Source: Thermomicrobiales bacterium (GTDB lineage Bacteria > Chloroflexota > Chloroflexia > Thermomicrobiales > UBA6265). Taken from it: a DNA stretch of 64,000 nucleotides. Both the position numbers and the translations under genes were made by a program. Location of the stretch: assembly GCA_034431475.1 (NCBI GenBank), contig DAOUDE010000052.1:6825-70824 (forward strand), given 5' to 3'. Under the pieces are notes generated by a model. That model saw only the letters and a program-made list of their open reading frames with translations. It made no database searches and had not been told where the DNA came from. The first letter of the stretch is position 1. Every line of letters begins with the position of its first letter. This document shows, in pieces, positions 1 through 10,007 of the stretch.

Positions 1-474
1 CGGCCAGCGCTCACGCATCTCCTGACCGACCTGCTCCATCATTCGCTCCGCTGCCGGAGCGTACGCCTCGTACTCCAGGAGCGAGACAGACTGACCCCTC
101 CCGTGATCGCGCACCGTTCCGGAAAAAGTCACCACCGCGCCGGCGCCAGGGTCCATCACCAGAGCCTCGACCTCGCGCGCGTCGATGGGCGCATCCTGCA
201 CGCGAAAGAAGGAGGACGCACCCCCACTAACCGGCGGTATGAACGCCACTTCGTCTCCCTCGCGCAACACGGTGTCCGGTGAGGCATACGCCTGGTTCAC
301 CATCACCATCACGATGCTACGCATCCGCTCCAGCGTCGGCTGTTCAGCCACAAGGTGGCCCAGGACGGCGCCAGCCGTCGTACCAGCCGGAACGTCAAGG
401 CGCTCGGACGATCGCCCGAGCGCCTCACGCATGGCCGCAAAGTAGCGCAGGTCAACGGTGATGGTATCGGCCAC
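1..474 (-). CDS. Fused MoaD-MoaE molybdopterin synthase (MoaX-like); C-terminal part runs off the window
   Basis: Manual minus-strand translation from GTG at 472-474 gives ADTITVDLRYFAAMREALG...GDEVAFIPPVSGG, a ThiS/MoaD fold ending in di-Gly (codons 220-225). It continues without a stop into ASSFFRVQDAPIDAREVEALV...GAVVTFSGTVRDH...LLEYEAYAP (MoaE). It is absent from the ORF track because it is open at the window edge. Confidence 0.8.
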   Translation of the reverse strand, partial: MADTITVDLRYFAAMREALGRSSERLDVPAGTTAGAVLGHLVAEQPTLERMRSIVMVMVNQAYASPDTVLREGDEVAFIPPVSGGASSFFRVQDAPIDAREVEALVMDPGAGAVVTFSGTVRDHGRGQSVSLLEYEAYAPAAERMMEQVGQEMRERWP

Positions 475-479
475 GAAGG

Positions 480-713
480 TTAGCCCATTTCCTCATTCAG
501 GTGGCTGCGCAAGCGCCCGAGAAGCACCTGGGCCCCGACACGGTTCGCCTCGGCAATGGTGCGAAACGCCGCCGCGGCTTCCTGGTCACCGGCGCGTTCT
601 GCATCGCCGGCGTACTCCTGGAGTTTTTCCTGCCCTTGCAGGAGATTGCCGACCGTCTGCACGATGTCGTAGACGATGTCCGAAACACCGTATCGTCTTG
701 TTCCTGGCTCCAT
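480..713 (-). CDS. Small hypothetical helical protein (77 aa from the internal ATG)
   Basis: ORF track 480..761. The ATG at 713 (MEPGTRRYGVSD...) avoids overlapping the moeA stop at 730. The gene sits between moeA and moaD/E with 5-16 nt gaps. No motif recognised. Confidence 0.5.
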   Translation of the reverse strand: MEPGTRRYGVSDIVYDIVQTVGNLLQGQEKLQEYAGDAERAGDQEAAAAFRTIAEANRVGAQVLLGRLRSHLNEEMG

Positions 714-729
714 CGATCTTGACTCCTCT

Positions 730-1950
730 CTATATGGTTGCCGTCCCAGGCTCATCTGCAACTATCGGGCCAGTCAGGAGCGCGTCAATGGTGGCTCCCG
801 CAGGTAGCGGCTGGTCACCCGCCGGGATCACCAGCAAGGCGTTGGCTCCCACAAACGAACTCAGACGAGACGATGCCTGGCTGCCCGTCGGCCGGGCCAA
901 CAGCCTTCCATCGCGCACACTGACGATGCCACGCTGCATTTCGATGCGGTCGGAGGGCCGCGTCGGCTCCTGGAGTACGACAGGCAGCCGAGGGCGGTCG
1001 ACCTGCAAAGCGCCTTGCATCCAACGCAAGGCAGGCCGCAGAAAAACCTCGAAGCCGACAATAGTTGAGACCGGGTTCCCCGGAAAACCGACCATGATCG
1101 TGTCTCCGGCGGTCGCGAACGTGAGCGGCTTACCTGGTTTCATGAAGACGCGGCGAAACCGCACGTCGGCCAACTCCAGCAGCAGCGGTTTGATGAGATC
1201 CAGATCCCCCATCGAGACGCCACCGCTCGTCAGGACGACGTCGCACTCGGTAATCAGCCGGCTCAGGACCGCGCGCAGCGAGTCCATGTCGTCGACGCCC
1301 CGGCCCGACCACACCACGTCGCCACCCGCCTCGGCGACCGCCGCCGCCAGGCTGAAGCGGTTCGAATCCCGGATTTGCCCCGGGCCAGGCGTGGCCCAGG
1401 GATCGACCAGTTCGTTGCCAGTGGAGAGGATGCCAACCCGTGGCCGGCGTGCGACTTGCACGGGATCGACGCCCAGCCCGGCCAGGAGGCCGATCTCTGC
1501 CGGCCCGATCGTCACCCCTGGCTCGAGCACCACGCTGCCACAGGTGATGTCTACCCCCACAGGCCGCACGAAATCACCAGGCTTCAAATCTTCGTACGAG
1601 ATGATGACGTGATCCTCAGCCAGCTCGGTGGCTTCGACCGGCACCACGGCGTCGGCTCCCGGCGGCAACGGCGCGCCCGTCGTGATCCACGCCGCTGTAC
1701 CGACATGAACCTCCATCGGGACGACATGCCCCGCCGTTTGGTGCCCCACGATCTCTCGCCAGGGCGAGGGATCTTCTGCCACCACCGCGTAGCCATCCAT
1801 GGTTGAGGCCGGGAACGGCGGATGGTTCTCAGTGGCAACCACCGCGTCGCCCAGAACCCGCCAGGCAGCTTCAGTGAGTGGAACACGCTCTGTCGGCGTC
1901 CGCTTCAGGCACCCGAAGATAATGGAACGCGCCTCGCCCGGCTGAACCAT
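730..1950 (-). CDS. moeA: Molybdopterin molybdenumtransferase MoeA
   Basis: 406-aa ORF with MoeA hallmarks (STMDGYAV, ILSTGNEL, TSGGVSMGDLD). Confidence 0.9.
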   Translation of the reverse strand: MVQPGEARSIIFGCLKRTPTERVPLTEAAWRVLGDAVVATENHPPFPASTMDGYAVVAEDPSPWREIVGHQTAGHVVPMEVHVGTAAWITTGAPLPPGADAVVPVEATELAEDHVIISYEDLKPGDFVRPVGVDITCGSVVLEPGVTIGPAEIGLLAGLGVDPVQVARRPRVGILSTGNELVDPWATPGPGQIRDSNRFSLAAAVAEAGGDVVWSGRGVDDMDSLRAVLSRLITECDVVLTSGGVSMGDLDLIKPLLLELADVRFRRVFMKPGKPLTFATAGDTIMVGFPGNPVSTIVGFEVFLRPALRWMQGALQVDRPRLPVVLQEPTRPSDRIEMQRGIVSVRDGRLLARPTGSQASSRLSSFVGANALLVIPAGDQPLPAGATIDALLTGPIVADEPGTATI

Positions 1951-2053
1951 GCGGTCGAGATCGATGACAGAGCGTGAAGTTTCTATCGCGTACCCCTCTC
2001 TTGAATCACTGCCGGAAGTTTACGCCGGGGGGCTGGCTGAGACAGCCTCCTGG

Positions 2054-2072
2054 ATTGCACGGCACGTGCAAT
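2054..2072. repeat. Perfect 8-3-8 inverted repeat ATTGCACG-GCA-CGTGCAAT (candidate operator)
   Basis: Read directly from the sequence. It lies in the moeA/rel divergent intergenic region, 12 nt upstream of the putative rel -35 element. Confidence 0.3.
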
Positions 2073-2083
2073 GAGAAGTCACT

Positions 2084-2112
2084 TTGACAAAACCGCCGGA
2101 TTCGGCTAGATT
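2084..2112 (+). promoter_or_regulatory. Putative sigma70-type promoter of rel (TTGACA-17-TAGATT)
   Basis: TTGACA at 2084-2089, 17-nt spacer, TAGATT at 2107-2112, about 65 nt upstream of the rel start. Confidence 0.4.
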
Positions 2113-2176
2113 ATGTGTTCTTGCTTTCTTTCCCAGCTCAGACTATGGATAGAACTCACTGAAGGCTTCGGCACCG

Positions 2177-4477
2177 ATGGCATCGAGACGCTCCGCCGTG
2201 CCAGCCACGGACTCGCCGACGGCCACGAACCTGCATGAGGTGGCGGCGGGCCCCGCGCTCATGGAAGAAGCTCCGCCCCTCCCTGAAATCGTTGAGCAAG
2301 GCATTTCCTCGTTACTCGCGGATGTGCGCGCCAATTCTCCGTCGGCCAACCTTGAGCTTGTCGAACGGGCAGCGCGATTTGCCGCCCACGCGCACAGCAG
2401 TGACCTGCGCAAATCCGGCGAGCCATACGTCATGCATCCCATCGCCGTGGCCGCCATTCTGGCTCGCGTCCAACTGGATGGCGAGACCTTGGCAGGCGCA
2501 CTTCTGCACGATGTCGTCGAGGACACCCCCGTCGAGTTGTCCGAAATCGAAGCCGAGTTTGGATCTCGCGTGGCGCGACTGGTCGATGGCGTGTCCAAAC
2601 TTGGGCGTATTCCCTGGACCCGCGATGACGACGCCGCAGGCGGTTCGCGGGAGCAGGCGCACCAGGCAGAGAATCTGCGCAAGATGTTCCTGGCGATGAT
2701 CGATGACATCGGCGTCGTGCTCATCAAGCTGGGCGACCGCTTGCACAATATGCGTACGCTCGATGTGATGCGGCCAGACAAGCAGAAGCGCATCGCACTG
2801 CAAACCCTCGAAATCTATGCGCCACTGGCCAATCGCCTCGGAATCTGGCAATTCAAATCCGAGCTGGAAGACCTCGCGTTTCGCTACATCAACCCGGATG
2901 CCTATTTCGCGCTCAGCCGCGGGTTCGAGCAGCGCGCGCAGGATTCTGCGCCGTATATCGAGTCGGTCAAACGTGAGCTCCTCCAGTCGCTGCGCGATGC
3001 CGGCATAGAGGCCGACATCACCGGGCGCACCAAGCACCTCTACTCCGTTTACCGCAAGATGAACCTGAAGGGCCGCAGTCTCGACGAGATCTACGACGTC
3101 ATTGGAATTCGCGTGCTCGTCGGTGACCGCAAGGACTGCTATGGCGCGCTGGGGGTGGTCCACGCGAAATGGCACCCACTACCGGGTGAGTTCGATGACT
3201 ACATCGCCACACCCAAGGACAGCATGTACCAGTCGCTGCACACGGCAGTGATCGGTCCCGAGGGTCACGTCATCGAGATCCAGATTCGGAGCCGGGAGAT
3301 GCACCGCATCGCGGAGCATGGCGTTGCCGCTCACTGGCGCTACAAGGAAGGCAGCAAGTCTGACGCGCGCGCCGATGCCAAGGTGGCCTGGCTGCGCCAG
3401 TTGATGGAATGGCGGGACCAGGTCGCAGACGCCGAAGAATTCGTCGAGTCGATGAAGTCGGATGTCTTCAAGGAGCAAATCTACGTCTTCACGCCCGCCG
3501 GCGACGTGATCGAACTCCCAGCAGGCGCAACGCCAGTCGACTTCGCTTACCGTATCCACACCGAGGTTGGGCACCAGTGTGTTGGCGCCAAAGTCAATGA
3601 CCAACTTGTGCCGCTGGACTATCGGCTACAGAACGGTCAGATGGTCCGCATCCTGACCAGTAGGACGCGAACCGGGCCGAACCGCGATTGGCTCCTGTCA
3701 TCGTCGGAATATGTCACCACAGCCTCGGCACGCGAAAAGATCCGGCGCTGGTTCCGCAGCCAGGAGCGGGACGAAAACATCGCGCAGGGGCGTGAAATCC
3801 TCGAGCGAGAAATGCGTCGCCTCAGCGTGGAGGTCAAGTCCGACGAACTCCTGAAGGCGTTCCCGCAATACCCGAAGATGGATGATCTTCTCGCCGCCAT
3901 CGGATATGGCGCGGTTCCGGCCCAGCGCATTGCTGTGCGCCTCGCCCATCAGAATGAGCAGGAGTCGCTGCTTCAGACGCCCGATGTGCAAGCGCCAAAA
4001 ACCCCACCCAGACTGCAGGTGATGGGAGTTGGCGACCTGCTGACAAGCCTGGCGATGTGCTGCCGGCCGGTGAACGGCGACCCGATTATCGGGTACGTCA
4101 CGCGGGGGCGGGGCGTGACCGTGCATCGCGCAGACTGCCCGAATGTGCAGAATATCCCCGAGCCAGAGCGGCTGGTGCCGGTATCCTGGGGTGACCAGTC
4201 TGAGGACACGTTCCCGGTCACGGTTCGTCTCAAGGCGTGGGACCGGGTGGGGTTGCTCAAGGACGTGAGCACGCTTCTGGCAGATGAGCGGGTTAATATC
4301 TTGAGCGTCATTACCAACACCCATGACGACCGCACCGTCACGCTGTACGCCACGGTGGAAGTGCAAGGCATTGGGCAATTGAGCACGATCCTGCAGAAGC
4401 TGGAAGGCATTCGAGAAGTCTACGAGGTGCGGCGTGAGGCGAGTGCAGCGCCTGCGCGAAGCCCACGCGAACACTGA
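2177..4477 (+). CDS. relA: Bifunctional (p)ppGpp synthetase/hydrolase (RelA/SpoT family)
   Basis: 766-aa ORF with an HD hydrolase domain (HPIAVAAIL...HDVVEDT), a synthetase domain (YRSLHT-like QSLHTAV), then TGS and a C-terminal ACT-like domain. Confidence 0.9.
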   Translation: MASRRSAVPATDSPTATNLHEVAAGPALMEEAPPLPEIVEQGISSLLADVRANSPSANLELVERAARFAAHAHSSDLRKSGEPYVMHPIAVAAILARVQLDGETLAGALLHDVVEDTPVELSEIEAEFGSRVARLVDGVSKLGRIPWTRDDDAAGGSREQAHQAENLRKMFLAMIDDIGVVLIKLGDRLHNMRTLDVMRPDKQKRIALQTLEIYAPLANRLGIWQFKSELEDLAFRYINPDAYFALSRGFEQRAQDSAPYIESVKRELLQSLRDAGIEADITGRTKHLYSVYRKMNLKGRSLDEIYDVIGIRVLVGDRKDCYGALGVVHAKWHPLPGEFDDYIATPKDSMYQSLHTAVIGPEGHVIEIQIRSREMHRIAEHGVAAHWRYKEGSKSDARADAKVAWLRQLMEWRDQVADAEEFVESMKSDVFKEQIYVFTPAGDVIELPAGATPVDFAYRIHTEVGHQCVGAKVNDQLVPLDYRLQNGQMVRILTSRTRTGPNRDWLLSSSEYVTTASAREKIRRWFRSQERDENIAQGREILEREMRRLSVEVKSDELLKAFPQYPKMDDLLAAIGYGAVPAQRIAVRLAHQNEQESLLQTPDVQAPKTPPRLQVMGVGDLLTSLAMCCRPVNGDPIIGYVTRGRGVTVHRADCPNVQNIPEPERLVPVSWGDQSEDTFPVTVRLKAWDRVGLLKDVSTLLADERVNILSVITNTHDDRTVTLYATVEVQGIGQLSTILQKLEGIREVYEVRREASAAPARSPREH

Positions 4478-4478
4478 C

Positions 4479-5444
4479 ATGCAGGGCATGAACTCACCTT
4501 CGCGGCCGGTGCTTTCCATTGGCGAAACGCTGATTGACATGATTGCCACCGATGGAGCTCCCTCCCTGGAGGTAGCCCACGATTTCGTGGCGCGGGCCGG
4601 CGGCGCACCGGCCAACGTAGCCGTGGCGCTCGCCAGGCTGGGGGTCGCCAGCGCCTTTTGCGGCGTAGTTGGCGCCGATCCCTTCGGCGAACGCCTCATA
4701 ACGGAGCTTCGAAGCGAAGGGGTTGATGTTACCCGGCTGCGGCAGACAGATGCAGCACCGACCACCATTGCGTTCGCCTGGAAGGACGATCGCGGCGACG
4801 GCCGGTTCTGGATCATGCGTGGTGCGGACCTGGAACTCTCACCCGAGGACGCAGATCGTGCCGGTGTCTGCAGCCTCATGGCGCTGGTACTCGGCTCGGT
4901 GTCGCTCGCGGCGCCATCGTCCCGGGCTGCCGTACTGCGGGCGGTGACGCTGGCCAATCAGGCAGAGGTACCCGTCGTGTTCGATGTCAACCTGCGCCCC
5001 ACCGTGTGGCGAGAACCTCAGGAAGCGCTGGGGCTCTGCGAGTCCGTGGCAAGCAGGTCGACCATCGTCAAGCTCAGCCTGGATGACGCCGCGGGCCTGT
5101 TCGGCGCGGAGGTTACCCCGGCTGACGCCTGTACCAGGATGCTGGCGCTCGGTGCTCCCTCGGTCGTGCTGACAGATGGGGCTCGCGGCTGCTGGTTCGC
5201 AAATGCGGCAGACAAAGAAGTGCAATTCGTTCCCGCATTCAGCGTCGAGGCCATCGAGCCTACCGGTGCCGGCGATGCCTTCGCTGCGGCAATTATCGCG
5301 CGCGCAATCGCGTCCGGATGGGATCCTCTCCAGCGCGAGGATGTGCAGTTCGCGTCGGCTGCTGGCGCCCTGGCTACCACCCGGCGCGGGGCCTGGGACG
5401 GCTTGCCGACTCCGGCGCACCTCGAGGCGTTCCTTGCCCAATGA
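4479..5444 (+). CDS. PfkB-family carbohydrate kinase (fructokinase-like)
   Basis: ORF 4434..5444. The ATG at 4479 (MQGMNSP...) follows the rel stop. Motifs GGAPANVAVALARLG and the C-terminal GAGDAF are typical of the ribokinase/PfkB family. Confidence 0.8.
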   Translation: MQGMNSPSRPVLSIGETLIDMIATDGAPSLEVAHDFVARAGGAPANVAVALARLGVASAFCGVVGADPFGERLITELRSEGVDVTRLRQTDAAPTTIAFAWKDDRGDGRFWIMRGADLELSPEDADRAGVCSLMALVLGSVSLAAPSSRAAVLRAVTLANQAEVPVVFDVNLRPTVWREPQEALGLCESVASRSTIVKLSLDDAAGLFGAEVTPADACTRMLALGAPSVVLTDGARGCWFANAADKEVQFVPAFSVEAIEPTGAGDAFAAAIIARAIASGWDPLQREDVQFASAAGALATTRRGAWDGLPTPAHLEAFLAQ

Positions 5445-5492
5445 TGACGTCGTAGAAACCGGCGCGCACGCCCACGCCGACGCAGGCGCGGC

Positions 5493-6317
5493 ATGATTCC
5501 CTCCCCCGCGAGCCCCATCGCATTCACCGTCGCAGGTCTGGATGTGCGCTGGTACGCGCTTTTCCTGCTTGCCGGACTCATGGCAGGACTCTTTTACACG
5601 CGCTGGCTGGCTACCCGCGTGGGTCTTGACCCCGATTGGGTTTGGGACGCCGCACCCTGGATTGTCTTGAGCGCAATCGTTGGCGCACGGCTGTACTACG
5701 TGCTCCTGCGTGCCGACTACTTCGGCCAGCATCCTGCGGAGGCCATCAATCTTCGCCTCGGTGGCATGGCCTTCCACGGTTCGCTTGTGGCTGGCATCGC
5801 GGCCTTCGTCATTCTGGCGCGGCGCGATGCGCAACCCGTCCTCGCCTGGACTGATATTGCCATGCCTGGCGTGGCACTGGCACAGGCAATTGGGCGCTGG
5901 GGCAACTGGGCCAACCAGGAGGCATTTGGGCTCCCGACGACATTGCCCTGGGGGGTGGCCATCAATGCTGCACATCGCCCGGCTCAGTTCGCAGACTTCA
6001 CGACGTTTCACCCGACCTTTCTGTACGAATCGGCCTTCAACCTTGCCAATGCCCTGCTGCTCGGTTGGCTCGCCTTGCGCGTTTCGTCGTCACGCAGGCT
6101 GCGCCACGGCGACGTCCTCGGGATCTATCTCATCACGTACGGCGTTGCACGGTTCTTCATTGAGCGGATTCGCACCGACAGCTTGTACATCGGGCCGTTG
6201 CCTGCAGCGTTCTGGCTGAGCTGGCTACTGGTGGCCGCCGGGCTGCTCGTAGTGCTCATTCCCCGGGTCACCGGGCCGCGACGCCGCAAGGATCCCGCTC
6301 CGGAACCGGCGGATTGA
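5493..6317 (+). CDS. lgt: Prolipoprotein diacylglyceryl transferase
   Basis: 274-aa multi-TM ORF with the Lgt signature [13 protein letters not shown]. Confidence 0.9.
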   Translation: MIPSPASPIAFTVAGLDVRWYALFLLAGLMAGLFYTRWLATRVGLDPDWVWDAAPWIVLSAIVGARLYYVLLRADYFGQHPAEAINLRLGGMAFHGSLVAGIAAFVILARRDAQPVLAWTDIAMPGVALAQAIGRWGNWANQEAFGLPTTLPWGVAINAAHRPAQFADFTTFHPTFLYESAFNLANALLLGWLALRVSSSRRLRHGDVLGIYLITYGVARFFIERIRTDSLYIGPLPAAFWLSWLLVAAGLLVVLIPRVTGPRRRKDPAPEPAD

Positions 6318-6421
6318 CGCTGCTCCGGCATCTTGCTACGCTGCGGCGACCCTGAAATACGTTGTGGAACCGGTGGCATGCACCGTCCTGGATCGCCGAT
6401 ATCCCGGAGAGGATTCCTGCG

Positions 6422-6892
6422 TTGCTGAAGCGACTGGGCCTGATGACCACAGTGGTAACCGTTGCGCTCACTCTCGCGGCATGCGGCCGTGCCACAGAAG
6501 AGCAAATCAACCAGGCGCTGGGCATCACGCCGACGGCGACCATGAGCGCTGAACAGATCGCCGAGTCGACGGCTGCAGCCAGCGCAACCTCGGCCGCCAG
6601 GGAACTGGCCCTGGCATCCCCGGGGGCATCGGGTGGCGTTACGGCTGGTGACGTTACCGCCGGGATGCGTCAGTTCAATACCTGGTGTATCGGGTGCCAC
6701 GGGCCGGGCGGCGCCGGGCCAGACGTGCTTTCACCCGGCAGCCCCGGATCGTCCGTCGATCCGGCAACGCTGCAAGCGATGATCCGAGACGGCGAAGGAC
6801 ACACGCCGCCCGGACCTTACAAACCCACCGAGCTTTCGGACAAACAAATTGTCGATCTCGCGGCGTATCTGCACTCCGCGCCAGGGTCCTGA
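6422..6892 (+). CDS. Lipoprotein class-I cytochrome c
   Basis: Heme-binding motif CIGCHG. An in-frame TTG at 6422 is preceded by GGAGAGGA 8 nt upstream and gives a classic lipoprotein signal, [20 protein letters not shown] (lipobox LAAC). The ORF-track start at 6362 is less likely. Confidence 0.8.
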   Translation: MLKRLGLMTTVVTVALTLAACGRATEEQINQALGITPTATMSAEQIAESTAAASATSAARELALASPGASGGVTAGDVTAGMRQFNTWCIGCHGPGGAGPDVLSPGSPGSSVDPATLQAMIRDGEGHTPPGPYKPTELSDKQIVDLAAYLHSAPGS

Positions 6893-6897
6893 TCGGC

Positions 6898-8337
6898 TCA
6901 GGCGACCAGTATCTCGCGGATTGCATGCACGTGCGCGCGCAGGGCCGCGTCAGAGGCAAGCGATTTTTCGACCTGGCGAATGCCATGCAGCACGGTCGTG
7001 TGGTCACGTCCGCCGAGTTCGCCGCCAATCTCGATGAGGGAAGCATCAGTCTCCGCGCGCAGGAGGTACATCGCGATCTGGCGCGGCACCACATTCTCTC
7101 GGGTCCGGCTCTTCCCGGCGAGATCCTTCTTGCCGACCCCAAAGTAGTCGAGGACGGCGTCGATGACGTCATCCCGGGTAACCATGACCCTTCTTGCACC
7201 GGGCGCAGAATCCGACAGGGTCTTGATCGCCAGGTCCAGCGACATTGCCTCACCGGTGAGTTGCGCGCGCGCAACCACCTTGTTCAATGCACCCTCGAGT
7301 TCACGAATGTTCTTGTGGTCCTTGCCTGCGATGTACTCTGTGACTGCTGGCGGGAGCGCGAGGCCCAGTTCTTCATCCTTGATCCGCAGAATGGCCAGCC
7401 GCATCTCGAAATCAGGCGCTTGCACGTCGGCAATCAGGCCGCCCTCGAAGCGAGAGCGCAGGCGCTCTTCCAGCGCGGCAATTGACTTGGGTGGCTTGTC
7501 ACTGGAGAGAATGACTTGCTTGCCGCTCTGGTAGAGCGCGTTGAAGGTGTGGAAGAACTCCTCCTGTGTGCTCTCTTTCCCCGCGATGAACTGGATGTCG
7601 TCGATCATGAGGACATCGATCTCGCGGTAGCGCGCCCGGAACTCATCCGTTTTCTGCTGCCGGATCGCCGCAATCAGGTCGTTGGTGAATTTCTCCGAGG
7701 TGACGTACGAGACGCGCAGATCCTGATGCAGTTCAAGGACCCGGTGACCAATGGCATGGAGGAGATGTGTCTTGCCAAGCCCCACCCCGCCATGCACGAA
7801 GAGCGGATTGTATTTGCCGCCCGGGTGTTCAGACACGGAAACCCCGGCCGCGTGTGCAAACCGGTTCGAGGACCCGACGACGTAGGTACGCAGCACATAG
7901 GCCGGGTTCAGGCCAATTGCCCGTGGCGCCTCCAGCGACATTTGCATGGGTCGTGGCGCCTCCGGCTGCCTGACAGGCCGGACCGGCGTTCTCGGTTGCA
8001 GTGGGAGCGGAACCTCGGCACCACCGTCCACGCGGTACTCAGTGGCAATCCGCCGGCCCATGCGGTCTGAAAGGCGACGTTCGATATCGCTGCGGAATTT
8101 GCGGCTGACCTGTTCAACCGCAGCCCTGTCGGCCACCAGCACGGTCGCCGTGCCAGTCTCATCAACCTCGGCCAGCCGGGTATTGCGGAGCCACTCGAAC
8201 GCGCTTGCCGGAAGAGATGTCTGCAGGTCAACGAGCACAGAGCGCCAGATCAAGTCTGCGGCGTGTGTTGTTGCACCAGAATCCACCGTCTCCATTGGCA
8301 AGCTCCGCCTCGTGTCCAACTCAGAGTGTACGGACAT
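6898..8337 (-). CDS. dnaA: Chromosomal replication initiator protein DnaA
   Basis: 479-aa ORF with an AAA+ Walker A ([13 protein letters not shown]), box VII, and a C-terminal DNA-binding domain (DHTTVLHG). Confidence 0.95.
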   Translation of the reverse strand: MSVHSELDTRRSLPMETVDSGATTHAADLIWRSVLVDLQTSLPASAFEWLRNTRLAEVDETGTATVLVADRAAVEQVSRKFRSDIERRLSDRMGRRIATEYRVDGGAEVPLPLQPRTPVRPVRQPEAPRPMQMSLEAPRAIGLNPAYVLRTYVVGSSNRFAHAAGVSVSEHPGGKYNPLFVHGGVGLGKTHLLHAIGHRVLELHQDLRVSYVTSEKFTNDLIAAIRQQKTDEFRARYREIDVLMIDDIQFIAGKESTQEEFFHTFNALYQSGKQVILSSDKPPKSIAALEERLRSRFEGGLIADVQAPDFEMRLAILRIKDEELGLALPPAVTEYIAGKDHKNIRELEGALNKVVARAQLTGEAMSLDLAIKTLSDSAPGARRVMVTRDDVIDAVLDYFGVGKKDLAGKSRTRENVVPRQIAMYLLRAETDASLIEIGGELGGRDHTTVLHGIRQVEKSLASDAALRAHVHAIREILVA

Positions 8338-8449
8338 CGCGAACGTATGCTACTACGATGTCTGAGTCGCGGACAAAGTGCGGCGCCCCTGGCGCTCCAA
8401 GAGAGTAAAGTTGGCTCCGTGATAGTCGGTCAGCCTGGAGAACTCTTGC

Positions 8450-9949
8450 ATGGATATGTCGTTTACTTCACAGGATCCACTCGGCATCGCGTGTGACCTC
8501 CTGATCGTGCCGGTAACCAATGATGACGGACTGGCGTGGTCCGAAAGTGCGGCGGCAGCCAACAGCGCCCTCGGCGGAAATCTGGCAACGGCGGCCGAGC
8601 TAGAGCAGTTCCGGGGGAAGTCGGAAGCCACTCTGGTCTTGCCCTCGTTCGGCAAACTGCCCGCAGCCCGCGTGATGCTGCTTGGCATCGGCAAGATCGA
8701 GGAAATCACGCAGCCCAGCCTGGCGAAGTCCGTCGGCTCTGCCCTGCGGGAGGCTCGCACCCGGGGAGCCAGGTCTACCGTCGTCGCATTGCCTGACGCA
8801 CTCCCGGGTATCGCTCCGGAAGACGCCGTTGCGACCGCTGCGCTCGCAGCCCAACTGGCGCTCTACCGATTCGACGCGTACCGTGGCACGGCCACGAAGG
8901 ACGAGCGAAGCAAGGAGATTGACAGTCTCGTCGTCGTTGGGTCAGGAGTTGCAGACGACGCCGGTGCGGCCGCTCTGGCGCGAGCCGCCGCCATCGCGGG
9001 GGGCGTCAATCTGGCACGCGACCTGGGCAATGAGCCGGGCAAGGCGCTTACTCCGGAGGCATTTGCCTCGAAAGCCCTTGGAGTTGGCGCAGCGGCCGGG
9101 TTGACCGTCGAAGTCCTGGGCCCTGCGGAACTCGCCGAACTGGGCGCAGAAGCCATGCTCGCGGTCGGTGGCGGCAGTGCCCACCCACCGCGCCTGATCC
9201 GGCTAAGCTACACGCCGGACAATCCTAACACCACCCGCGTGGTCGGCCTGGTGGGCAAGGCTATCACATTTGACACTGGAGGCTATTCCATCAAGCCCTA
9301 CGAGGGCATGCTGGACATGAAGAGCGACATGTCGGGCGGTGCAGCGGTCCTTGGGGCAATGTCCGCTCTGCGCGCGATTGGCTGTCCCTACAAGGTGATC
9401 GGGACCATTTGTGCCGCCGAGAACATGATTTCCGGTGAGGCGTTCCGGCCCGGTGATGTGATCCGGGGCATGAACGGCGTCACCTTCGAGATAACGTCAA
9501 CAGATGCCGAAGGCCGTCTCGTGCTGGCGGATGGCCTGGTTGACACCGCGAGGCGTGGCGCGACAGAGATGATCGACCTGGCAACACTGACCGGCGCCGC
9601 GGTTGTTGCCCTCGGCAACGGCACCTCGGCCCTGTTTGCGACGGACGATGAGCTGGCAAACAACCTCATCGCGGCTTCGCAAGCAGCCGATGAACGCATG
9701 TGGCGGCTGCCATTGATTGACGAACTGGAAAGCAAGCTCAAGGGTGAAATCGCCGACCTGAAGAACACGGGTGGCCGGCCAGGAGGCGCGATCACCGCTG
9801 CGCTCTTTCTCCGTCACTTCAGTGAGGGATTGCCCTGGGCCCACCTCGATATTGCCGGTGCTGCCCGCACGGAACGCGCTACTGCGCTGGGACCGAAGGG
9901 CGCAACCGGCGTCGGCGTTCTCACGCTCTTGCACTATCTCCAGGCGTAG
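8450..9949 (+). CDS. pepA: Leucyl aminopeptidase (M17)
   Basis: 499-aa ORF with the M17 signature NTDAEGRL-like sequence (ITSTDAEGRLVLAD). Confidence 0.9.
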   Translation: MDMSFTSQDPLGIACDLLIVPVTNDDGLAWSESAAAANSALGGNLATAAELEQFRGKSEATLVLPSFGKLPAARVMLLGIGKIEEITQPSLAKSVGSALREARTRGARSTVVALPDALPGIAPEDAVATAALAAQLALYRFDAYRGTATKDERSKEIDSLVVVGSGVADDAGAAALARAAAIAGGVNLARDLGNEPGKALTPEAFASKALGVGAAAGLTVEVLGPAELAELGAEAMLAVGGGSAHPPRLIRLSYTPDNPNTTRVVGLVGKAITFDTGGYSIKPYEGMLDMKSDMSGGAAVLGAMSALRAIGCPYKVIGTICAAENMISGEAFRPGDVIRGMNGVTFEITSTDAEGRLVLADGLVDTARRGATEMIDLATLTGAAVVALGNGTSALFATDDELANNLIAASQAADERMWRLPLIDELESKLKGEIADLKNTGGRPGGAITAALFLRHFSEGLPWAHLDIAGAARTERATALGPKGATGVGVLTLLHYLQA

Positions 9950-9958
9950 AACGCGAAC

Positions 9959-9981
9959 GGGCCCGGCGCAAGGACGGGCCC
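9959..9981. terminator. GC hairpin between convergent pepA and the SdhD/C-like gene
   Basis: GGGCCCG-9 nt-CGGGCCC, read directly; no clear U-tract. Confidence 0.45.
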
Positions 9982-10007
9982 CTGCTCCACCGCCTGTTGA
10001 CCCTGGA

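Noticed and set aside
1951-2080. Possible Moco riboswitch upstream of moeA.
   Set aside because: I could not find the conserved Moco-motif core elements as I remember them (for example the CCGAG-containing junction) on the minus strand. Only two short generic hairpins are present. This would need a covariance-model scan to exclude formally.
8338-8449. oriC in the dnaA-pepA spacer.
   Set aside because: The spacer is only 112 bp and GC-rich. It has no AT-rich unwinding element and no DnaA-box match better than 3 mismatches by eye.
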